In this document: piece after piece, positions 15,401 to 27,400 of the stretch
Layout: each line of letters opens with the position of its first letter
Numbering within the stretch: position 1 is the stretch's first letter
NCBI GenBank assembly: GCA_021108075.1
Contig: JAIORP010000120.1
Span: 21,557 to 85,556 of the forward strand
Length of the DNA: 64,000 nt
Direction: 5' to 3'
Source of the DNA: Candidatus Omnitrophota bacterium
Lineage (GTDB): Bacteria > Omnitrophota > Gorgyraeia > Zapsychrales > Zapsychraceae
Program-made: the position numbers and the translations under genes
Notes under the pieces: model-generated
Told to the model about the DNA's origin: nothing
Seen by the model: the letters and a program-made list of their open reading frames with translations, nothing else
Databases searched by the model: none

Positions 15401-18400
15401 GTTGTGGGCTATGGATTGCCGCATACCGATTTTCTGGGTTATATCGATCAAGAACTGAACCATCATCCGTATTTAATTTGTCCGTTATCAGAACACCGCA
15501 AAGCCCTGCTTCATTTGATAAAGAATCTTCCGTTGGAAGAAAGGACGTTCCTCATTAGAGAAGTGGAGAAATATCGTATTTATGATGAGAAAGATCAGAA
15601 CTTCTACCCTATTCTTGATATCGCGTTGACCAATGGCTACGCGCATTATTACGACCTTGATATGATGGGCGGACATGATCTTGATATTGCTCCAACAGAC
15701 GTGTTCTCGAGAATAGAAGGCACGTATCAAATGACAAATGGAAGTGTGGCCAGGAAGTTCCTGAAATATATAGAACGGGGTGAAAATAAAACATTAAGAG
15801 AACGATTTTATGCGCGTTTAAAACGCGTCTTAATGACGAGCTTATTAGATGTGATTTTAAAGAATTTATCCAACGGTTCAGTCGTTGATAAAATGGCCTT
15901 ATTGCGGATCTACCATCAGCTCATCGACGAATGGATGCGGCGCAACGATGTTCGTGGTCAAAAACTAGAAGTTGCGATCCTGAAAATGCAGCATCCATAT
16001 TTCTCTGTGACCGAGATAGCGCAGGTCTTTAATTTTTCAGAAGAGGAGATTGAAAAGAAAATAAAATTAGCAAACCGGCAAATTTGGTACACATCCCGCA
16101 AGCTGGGCCGTTGGGATCAACTGCTTCCTCTATTGCTTCAAGACGGTTCATTGGTCATGACAGCTATCAGCGGTCAGGTCTTAGAACTGAGCAGAAGTTT
16201 ATCCATTTTTGTCAAAGAGCTTTCTATCCAAGGCCTGCATCAATTGCCGCCGGAACAACGTGAAAGGATTATCGCCGATAAACTGCTGAATAATAAAAAT
16301 TATGAGGATCTTGATGGAGATATTTATTCAGCAGATGATTACCGTGAATTCTTTGAAGGTAAAATTGAAGCCAAACAACGCGGGGCACTGATGGTTTTCT
16401 TCGAATGGTTCAAAAGTATTCTGACAGAAGGTTTCATGCAGAAATTAGACTCAGGGTTTAACCGTTTATCCGGGTCAGCCCAGGAGTATTACCGTGAACA
16501 TGGGGAACGCTTAAAGAGTATAGAACAGCGTTATGGATTAACACTCCCTGTCGCGCGGGAGCACTTAAGCGATATTATCCGTCGATATGAACAAAGACGC
16601 AATGCGTCTGATGTCGTTGAAGACGATGTCTTCAGACGCGACAGTGCGGCCGCGGTTAAGACTAAGGGTCCGAATATCGGTTATTACGGAAACATGCAGG
16701 GTGTTGATCAATGTCAAATCAATAGGATCGCCGATAATCCCAGATTCGTAAAAACAGTCGAGCAGCATTTAAATCTTATCCCATTTTACCGGGAGGGTGA
16801 CGTTCCTGTTCAGGTCAAGGTGTTCAAGAAGCAGCCGGACAACACACCGCCGGAAGGATTTATCTGGGCCCGGTTTGAAATGGTCGAAGACCGAAAGACC
16901 CTGGTTATTTGTTTTTCGTCTGAAAACCTCCTGAAAATATTCCTTCGAGAGTTTAGTCTTTTTGAACGTACTCCGGCATACAGTGTTATTGCTCTGCATG
17001 AGTTGATCGAATTCCAGGACGGTCATACAATTGCGGATCGGACGGCACGAAAAAGTTATCCGCGATACGATAAACGCATTAAGTCACTGTTTAAGAAAGA
17101 ACCGTTCATCACCAGCGCTAACAAAGGTCATCGTTCGATGGCAGGGAAGCAGTTGCTAGAGCTTGATATCCACGCGCGGATCCATGAAGATTTCTTGGCC
17201 GCAGACCGGGATCAAAATCAAGGAGGGGCTGAAAGAAAAGTTTCTTGGTATTATGAAAAAGGGCCCCATTATCTAAAAGGATCAAGATTACCGCCACAGA
17301 AAGATTTAATTCGGTTAGGCGTACTGCTTGAGAAAGAATTGAGCGATGTTAAAGACCTTTTACAGCGGGTACAGGAATCTGTCACCGTGTTCGGTGGAAA
17401 TATTTCTGATGAAGAGTGGCAGAAGTTTGGGTATTTATTTGGCCAGAAGTTATTTGAAGTCCAGCTTGTTCCTCTGACAGGGGGCGGACCTGGAATGATG
17501 ATGATTATTTTGAAGGGGTATATCGACGCGCGTGGAACAAATCTCTATTGGTTCTTGAAACGGTTATTATCCCGTGCCGTTCTTGCGTTCCTTCCGCATA
17601 TGCCGAAGTTCCTAATGAAATGGATAAGCTCAGGTTTGACGCAAGGGTTTAAACTCTATATAAAAGGTCAGGACCTCAACCGGTATGTTGAAGTGTACCG
17701 TTATTTCACTCATTTTATCCCGCGTAAGGCGTCTTTGATCCGCAATTCGATTGTTGTTGTTTTATATGGTGGTTTTGGTACCACGGATGAGATGTTTGAG
17801 GTCTTACGAACCGGACGAAAGTTTATTTTAGCAGATTTCTGGCGTCCGATTATCAACCGCTACCGCCATGTCTTGGCACAAAAGAATTGGGTGGAAGAGC
17901 GCTTGGAAAACATCAGATATATTCCGGATATAGAAAAAGATATCGACGGGGCTATTCAGACAGCTATTAATTGGGTGAAAGAAGATATCAAGAATCCTGT
18001 TGAAAAGAAAGAAGAACTCAAGTCAACGGTCGCCGCTTTAGACGGCACGATTCATGAGCTTAAGAGTGTCATGCCCATCCTGCAGCAATGGGATCCCGCC
18101 TTGGTCGTCATGGGCAGCAGCCGGTTAGACCCCTACCGGCGCAAAGATCAACGCGACTTGTCTATTGCCAGATACACCGGGCGAATGGCGGCACGGCATG
18201 ATCTGCCGATACGTGTTGTCGGTAAAGGTTCGATCGCCAATGCGGTTATTCAGGGTATCGATGATGAAATTAAAGACAGGGATAAACGCGAACAATATAA
18301 ACAACGACGGTTGCAGGGCATATTTTCCTCAGAAGAAGTAAATATCATTCATATCCAGCAACATTTTAATAGCCGCCATGTCATCTCGACCCAAGATCCT

Positions 18401-21400
18401 TATATCCAGAAATTGGTATTGACTGAAAATGTGATGGGCTTTGTTGTTTTACCCGGGCGATTGGGAACACTTGATATCATCAGTGATGATGCCGTTGTTC
18501 AGCAGGTTTATTATTTGGAAAATAAAGAAATGATGTTTAAGCCGATCGTCTTTGTCAACCGCTCATTCTGGAAAACGTTCTGGAGTTTTTGGTTAACACG
18601 GGTGCAGCCGTATATTATGCCGGGAGCGGAAAAGATTTTCTATTATGTTGATACAAAGCGGGAAATCTATCAGGTATTAGAAGAGATCGTTGAAGCCTAT
18701 CGAGGTGCCCGGCGTATTAAGGGTTGGGATTATGACGCCCCGTCTCAGGAAGAAAAGAAGAGCATGACTTCGGATGACCATATTTTGATTTGGCCCGTTA
18801 ACGATTGGCGGGGAGATGAACAAAAATCAACGCTGTCCCACGACCTCCGCGTCAAAGCCGGACAACAGGCGGCGGCAGGCAAGAGACCGGCTGTCAGCCT
18901 TGATAACTCGATGGCAAATTTTAATGCCTTAGAAAAATACCGTTATATTAATTTTTATCATTTTTATTCTGAAATTATTATTCAAATGGGCCAGGGACTT
19001 CTGCGGCTGGGTGTGGACCGTCAACTTATTCATAAAATCTTCTTAGACCGGGCTCCGCATCAATTTGGGCAAGATGTTGGACAAGCGGCTAAATCGGTTA
19101 ATAGTGTCCTGATGGAAACGGCAGAGTATATTTTACACGCCCAGGAGTTGTTATCCGATATCAACATTAAAGATAAATGTGCGCAGGAAAGAATTGTTAG
19201 CGATTTGGTGATTAAGTCCATTGTTCAGCAGGGTGGTCAATTTAAGTTTGATATTGAATGGTTTAAGACACAGATGCATTTGGCCGTATCAGCTGGCATG
19301 TTTAGACAATTGATTGTTCAGGAGATTTTCTTCCAACGACAAAATAAAACGATCCAGGTGATACCAGAGGAAGCCTGGAATAAGATCGCCTTCGCGGTCC
19401 AGAAATTGTTAGAAGAACACAGAGAGGTAAACGGAATTGATACCATTGAGAATATGTGGGCATTATTTGTTTTAGATCTTGAACTTCAGAGGGAAATACG
19501 CATGGATAATAAGATCAGACTCCTTTTAAAGAATATTTTCAGACGTTATTCAAGGCCGTCGAAAGACATGGGCATGGGCGCACATGGCAATATTTATGAA
19601 AACGATGTTCCATTGCTCGAACAGCTCATCCGTGAAGAGAAATATCATGCGATCATGGAATTTGACGGTGTCGTTGAAGTGAAAGGCGTGCGGATTAAAT
19701 GGCGGGAATTAAAAGAATATATCAACGGTGAAAAGAAAGAGTTCATCTACGCCCGTTGGGCTGATCCAACAAAACAGACACTGGAAATTTACTTCTCATC
19801 ACATTCAGCTGTTAAGATTTTTGATAAGTTTATCGCGCATTCATTTGTCCCAGGATACATGCACGGACATTCATTAGAACAGCGGTTACAATTATTGGCT
19901 TTACATGAGATTTTGGAAAAGCGCTTTATCGCGGATGGGTATGCGCCGTGGGTAGCCCATATTCTGGCGGAGGAACGCATTGTCCAGCAACGCGATATCC
20001 GCGTTCATCATAATTATCAAGAGCATGTCTCTGAACGCGGGCATCATTTAGCGTCGGCACTACTTTTAAACGATAAATGTCAAGGACAAGATTTGGTCGG
20101 CCATGAAAACCGACGGAAGCAATTTATTCAAGCTGTTCATGGTGGTCCCTATACAATTTTTCCGTATTATGATGATCAGGAGCAGATGGTCCTGTTTACA
20201 TTTTTCTCCGGGGGGATTTTGTTGCCGGGAAAAATTAAGTCTCAGTCGAAAGAAAAAGACTTTGAGCCATTCCGGACCATAAAAGGCGATAAGGGTACAG
20301 GGTTTGGCATGATTATCAGTAAAAGGATTATTGAAAAACATGGCGGCGCTATTTCTGTTCAAAGCAAATTTGGTGAGGGCACAACAATGTTTGTGAAATT
20401 GCCGATAAGGGCAACTGAGCCTAGGCTGGAAGTTGTAACTGTTAATAATCCTGACGGTGCATTTACCGGGATGAGTACAAAAAATTCGGATGCGAAATTG
20501 GCGGAGCACAAGGAGGATGAAGGGATTAAGATGAAGGTTACGGAGTTTAAAGAGAATGAAACAGCGAGGACATGGGTGAGCGAGAAAAGAAAAGAAGCTT
20601 CAGCCACAGCGCCGCTTTTGCCGGATAATATTGAGACGGTTGTCGTAGAGAACCGGGAAGTGAGTTACGGGTTAAAATATGTTGAAAGAGATGACGACGG
20701 TAAAGCGAGGGTGTATGTAGAACGCCCGTGGCTGGATCGGGTGGATAAATTGCGGAAGATGTATGGAGACAAGTTGGCTGAGCCTATCCTTATTTGCGCT
20801 TTTGTCCATGAATTTACAGGGAAGAGCCATGAGAATAATGTAAGGGCAGAGGGTGTTTATCTGGAGGAATATTTTGCGGACAAAGATTTTAGCAATTTTA
20901 TACCGGCTATTATTAATAGTTTAGAAAATTTGCGAGAACAAGAGATCCTGGAGCCGATAAGTAAAAAGCCTAATATTGTTCAGGACAGTACGGTTTCAGG
21001 CCTGGAGAGTAAGGTTCCGGCGGATTCTGGAGATGTTTCAGGCTCGCCGGAGAGAACGTATAAGTTGCGCGGCAAAGATGGGCTGCTTGCATGGACAGGA
21101 ATAATAACGCAGAGCATAAAACAGAAAGCTGGACAAAAGGATTCATCGGATGGATTTTATAGGGGATTTACAACAGAGCAGGTAGAGGTATTATCCACAC
21201 AGGGGTGTTATTTTGTTGTCTTAAAAAATAGCCCCGCGCATAAGCGGTTAAAGGATTTGTTCAGGAACAGGTATAGTGAGGAGGAGAGAGGGAGAAATGA
21301 GGTGATTATTACAGTGCCGGGGGCTCTTGTGGTTTTCTCGTTACATATCGGGATGCCGAGGGAAGATTTACAGCGAATGTTTCAGGAGAAATGCCGAATA

Positions 21401-24400
21401 GAACGGACGCTTTCAGGGCATGTAGATTTATTAGCAGAATTTTTTAGCACGCCGGAGAGGCGGCGTATTTATAAAGAATTCCTGGGAGAAAGTCATTATG
21501 AAGACCCTGACAATCCGGGGACAGGTATAAAAGAAGAAATTGCTTTAAGAAAATTAATAACAGGGATTATTACAGAAATAAAATTTTCTGAAGCGGTTGT
21601 TTCAGGGAAGGATACTCTTAACGGAAACGCGAGAAGGATTCCGCAGAGTTTTATCAAAGATCTGATGCAATTTTTAATAGAAAATTTTTCAGGAAAAGAT
21701 ATTGTTTCAGAGTCGACAGCGGATCAAATTAAAGGAATATATGAACGTCATGAAATTATCAGTGAGAACGGGACAAAGAAGAGATATCGCGTATTAAGAA
21801 AAAATGTTCCGCAGGTTAGAACAATGTGGGGTGTTGTTGTGTCAGATAAAGATATTTCCCCCTGGGAAACTGTTGATATTGAAGTGAATTTTGAGATTGG
21901 GAGGGATTTAAACAAGGAAGAAATAGAGCGTCTTTTAAGAAGCAGGACAATAGATGTGAGGGTAAAGGTGAAGAGTTACCGGGATGCAAACGGAGATAGA
22001 CACAATACAGAAAAAGAGGAATCTTCAACGCTGAATTACGCGGTAAGGTATGAGGATATCGAAGTAATAGAGATGTTTTATGACGAAGGGGCGACTATGT
22101 GGCGTGGCGCAGTTGAGGAATACAATAATCAACGCGCGCGGAAGGTTCGTTTTAGAATGAAGGTGCGTTTCGCCCCTGTTCCGGGTACGTACACTGTGGA
22201 GGTGTATGTAATACAAAAACAGGGAATAGTCATTGTGGATGATATAGAGGAATACAGGAAAGGGATTGTTAACATAGCGGAGCCCGGGATGTTCACAGAA
22301 GAATTTTTTAGAAAGAGGTTTCCATCGAATTATAGAAAATACATCGGGACACCTGAAAAACAAAAATGGGAGTATAAAAAAGAATTAGTGAAAGAAGTAA
22401 TCCTCTCGTTGTTTGGCAGATATATTAAAGAATGTACAGAAGCAAGGAATAGATACAGAAGATGCAACGCGCTCGCGAAATTAATATATCTGCAAAAGAA
22501 ATATAATACGGCAACAGAGTTATTAGATGGCATTGTTACCCATGAGGATCAGAGGGTGAGGCTTGCAATCGCGGAGGATATGGAATGGTTGCCTGCTAAT
22601 GACGCGTTGGTATATCTTAAGAGGCTCATCAAAGACAAAGATAAGAACGTGAGGGAAGTTGCCCTTGATATAGAGGAGGACATTAGTGATGAAAGGAGTA
22701 ATTTTTATTTCTGGCACTGGATGAGAAATTATTTCATGCCGATGGGCGGGTTTTTAAACAGGACAATAAAGAAAATCAGTAAACAATGTATAGTTGAGGT
22801 TAATGAATTTATAAAACGGAGATTAAAGGATAGCAACCTTGATTTGGAGATGGATACTAAGGAGATATTTACAGAAAGATCAGTAAAGGAATCCTCAGAA
22901 GTTATTCTTAATAAGATAAAGCTTATTTTAGCCGAAGCACAGAGGGGGATTACAGATAAAGATGAGATTGAGCACATGGAGAATATCTGTTTTAAACTGG
23001 AAGGATTTATAAAAGTTTTGGATTCTTTCAATAAAGTGGAAGACCTGATAAGAATAGGAAAAAGGAGGGACGAGAGTATAGAACAGGCATTAACAGAAAA
23101 GGCAGAGTTAATTAAACAGGAGTTTTCTTGTATGGAAAGATTCATGAAGATGTTGCGGCAGGAAGGCGCGATTGTAGCAACATATTTGGAAATTATTAAA
23201 GAAAAACATATTATTATAACAGGAATGATCGATTCGATATTAAACCTTGGCAAAAAACAGGCAGTGCGTACAGAGACGATAAAAGATATTGTTATTAGTT
23301 TACAGTATGTGGAGAATTTAATGAAATTGGAAAGGTTAAAGAAGGCTAAGAAATTAGAGGCGTCGGGAGAATCAGAAAAGGCAGAAAAGTTAAAGAAAAC
23401 CAGCCTTAAGATAACATTTAGCTTTGGTAAAGGCGTGAACCTTAATACGGCAGTAAAGGTAGAAAAGACATTTGTAAGGCTTCTTGGTGAAATGGTTAAG
23501 AATTCAGAAGAGCATGGAGGAGAAAAGGTAACTATTACTTTTGTCCCTAACAAAGACAAGGTTACGATTCTTTATATAGACGATGGAGAAGGACTGGATG
23601 TTAATACAGGAGCAGAGAATATCTTCCTGCCATTATTTAGCGCAAAGGCCAAGATTATTTTAGACAAAGAAAAATGTGATCCAAAAAAGGAAAAATTAAA
23701 TGCAGATATTGTAAACAAAGTATACCTTTTGAGAAAGGGTGTTGAAATCATTGGCGGGCAGGTGGATATTGTCGAGCCAAATGGAAAAGGTTTTCAGTTA
23801 AGGATTACCGGTTTGCCGATTGAGTATGATCCGGAAAGATTTTATGACATCGGCGATATGTATGAATACCTGAAGAAAGAATTTGAAACGGCATTATCGC
23901 GGTTAGAGGATGTTGATGAAGATTTACTGGATACAGGGGATGTTCAGCATCTTGGAATGTTATTAATTCATTCCCTTGAAGAATATCGTGATGCTGTTAT
24001 TAAGGGAAGAATGAGATTTATTTTATCAAGCGCGGAAGAAGTAAAAAAGCAGTTAAACATATTGTCCGAAGAATTAGTAACTCTCCAGCATTCGGATAGT
24101 TACCTGGATGACCCTGATGTCAGGGGTCAAATAGATCCGGTTTTAATAACATTTGATAGGATTTTACGTCAGATAAAGTTAACGTCATTATCGTTAAGCC
24201 ATTCAATGAAAGATGTCTCAATAGGAGAATTTATGCAGAATATGATCAACCGGTTTAACGATGAAGTACAGGATGTAAATGTTAATCTTGAAATAGATGA
24301 GAGGATATTGAATGAGACGATTTTTACATTTTATGACCATCTTGAGGCAGGACTGACGAAACTGCTCTGGTATGCTGCTGCCTTTGAGAAGCCCGAAGGC

Positions 24401-27400
24401 TGTGAGATACAGATGAATGTGCGGCTGAATAAAGAGATGGCGGGGATAGCAAAGGCAGAGCAGGATGCTGAAATGCCGGTTATTTTTGTAGGGGGGCTTG
24501 GAGGTTCCAAACGAAATGAGGCAATACGGTTACTGTCGGGATTAGGGATATTCCTTGAGGTAGAGGTATTTGTAAAAGGCATGAGCCTTCCTGGGGAGAT
24601 AGTCAAAAAGGTAAGAGATGCACGCTGTCCGATGATAGACGCGAAGCATATTGAACATACATGGTTTGGCCTCTGGTGTCTGGATAATCAGTTAAAGGGT
24701 GTAGGGGGGCATTTACAGGTTGTATCCGAAGATTCCGGAACAAAATTTGTATTGTATGTGCCTGTTAATACCACGCCGGAGCTTGTTAAGAAAAAAGAAC
24801 TGGAGGGAGGGCGTTCCATTAATATGGGATTTTTCTCAAAGGTGCTTGCGTATTTTTGCCGGCAGGAAGGGATAGATTCTGATGACAACGATGCCCTTGT
24901 TAAATTATTGCGGGAACTTTATGTGGAAGGATTAAATAAATTTAGAGAAGAACCACTGCCTTTCTGGCGAGAATCCAGTACAGAGCCACAAAAAATTTCC
25001 GGTGAAAATATAAGAGATCAAATTAAAGATGCGATGATGGCTCTGGAAGATTATAAATTGATGGAGAAAATCACAAAGAACCCTGCTGTTCAAAAAGAAT
25101 ATCAACGGATAAATCAGGAAGTAATAAAATATAATAAAGCATTGGGATTTAAAAATGTTGTTTTAAAAGTTAGGGATTTGAGAAATACAGGGCAGCAGGA
25201 CAGGCATGGCCTGGAGGTATATGTTCGCCTTGACGGCAGTTTGCAGATACGTTCAGCCTGGCTGGGACGGCATCCTTCGGCTGTTGGAGAGCAGGATTAT
25301 GCAACAGGTGTAAAGAAAAATGGTATTGCAGTCGACGATGAAGTAAACCGGAAAGAAATTATAAGCATCGACACAGATAAACTTAATCCTCTCGCAATAT
25401 ATTTGACAATACAAACGGAACTTGTCAGAAGAGGATTTTTTTGCCGCAATGAATTTGTAGAGGCTTTGGGTAAGTTTAAAGAGAACGGATTTATTCATGA
25501 AGGGTTGTATCGAAGGTTGCTGCATGTGGTTAGAGGGAAGGTGGAAAAGGTTGAACAGGGTAGGCAGGAGGAAGATCAGTTAATTTCGGATTATTCAAAA
25601 ATCGACCCTGCCATTAATTGGGTAAATCCTGAAGGTGTGCCGGAAGGATTGGAGGGGGCAGAGGAAGGGGCATATTCAGGAGATACTTTTGATACGAGGT
25701 TGAGTGGCGAGGAGATAAGAAACGGTAGCTTTTATTTGAGGGGAGCGCTCGGGGCAGCGTTTGCAAGGGCAGTGGCGCAAAGGGCATTGGCGCAGGCAGG
25801 GGATGGAGCTGTGGAAGAAGTGGAAGGAAAGATAAGGAACAAATTTGTCGGCTATATTATTAAGAAAAATAATAAAGGTGAATTAGTAAGCATTCTCACC
25901 GCCTACCACAGAAACAGCGATACAATCCTCATCAGCAAAGCACTCCCAGCAATAATTGAAGCACTTAATAAACATCCTGAAATAGGGCGTAAAAATGGAA
26001 AACTCGGCGCGGGAGATATCCTCGCACAGGATCTTTGTGACCACGAATTGTGGCATAGAGGGGAAGGCAGGTCAGGAGCTAAAGCAGAAAATGAAAGAGA
26101 GGCAATAGATATCCTTCGCCTCCATGTTCTGGCAAGAGAGAACGGTATCGACATTAACACCTTTGCAGATGTCCTGGTTGAGATGAACGTTATTACGCCG
26201 GAGTTTGCAGGATTGTTGAAGAAGCCGGATGTAACTAAAGGGGTGCCGGAAGGATTGGAGGGGGCAGAGGAAGGGGCATATTCAGGAGATACTTTTGATA
26301 CGAGGTTGAGTGGCGAGGAGATAAGAAACGGTAGCTTTTATTTGAGGGGAGCGCTCGGGGCAGCGTTTGCAAGGGCAGTGGCGCAAAGGGCATTGGCGCA
26401 GGCAGGGGATGGAGCTGTGGAAGAAGTGGAAGGAAAGATAAGGAACAAATTTGTCGGCTATATTATTAAGAAAAATAATAAAGGTGAATTAGTAAGCATT
26501 CTCACCGCCTACCACAGAAACAGCGATACAATCCTTATCAGCAAAGCACTCCCAGCAATAATTGAAGCACTTAATAAACATTCTGAAATAGGGCGTAAAA
26601 ATGGAAAACTCGGCGCGGGAGATATCCTCGCACGGGGTCTTTGTGAACGCGAATTGTGGCATAGAGGGGAAGGCATGTCAGGAGCTAAAGCAGAAAATGA
26701 AGTGGTAGAACGGAAAGGGCAAATAATAACAAGTCTGAAGATAAAAGGTAAGAGGCGACCTGTTAAATATAGATTGTACTGGAGAAAAGGCAAATTAATC
26801 TGTTCATCATTGGAAGATATTTCTCCTGAAAAAGCAAGAGAATTGGGGGTAGATAAGGTTAGTCAATTTAAAACTGATGTTAATGGGGTATTATGTGTTT
26901 TAGAAGAAAAAATATTTTTAACAAAGAAGTACAAAAACAGGGAAGGGTATGCGGAGGTTAATGAGGCTGGTGTAGTTTCGAAAATAATATTAATGAAAAC
27001 AAAAAGAGATAAGGAGGTAGAGATTGGGGTAGAACGGGAAGGGGAAATTATAACGGGTTGGAAGATAAAAGGTGAGAAGCATTCTGTTAAATATAGATTG
27101 TACTGGAGGAGGGGTAAATTTATTTGTTCATCATTGAAAGGTTTTTCTTTTAAAAAAGTAAGAAAATTGGGGGTAGATAAGGTTAGTCAGTTGAAAGTGA
27201 ATGCTTTGGGGGTATTGACCGTGCTTGGTGAGGGTATACCGATAGGGACTTGTTATGCAGAAAGAGAGGGTTTTGCTTTGATAGACGGTTCGGGAGTACG
27301 GGAGATAACATTGATTGCAACAAGGCGGGAGCCGGAAGAGAAAATAAAAATCAAAAGAGAGGGTAGAGTTATTAAAAAATTTGAATTTTATTTTCAGGGA

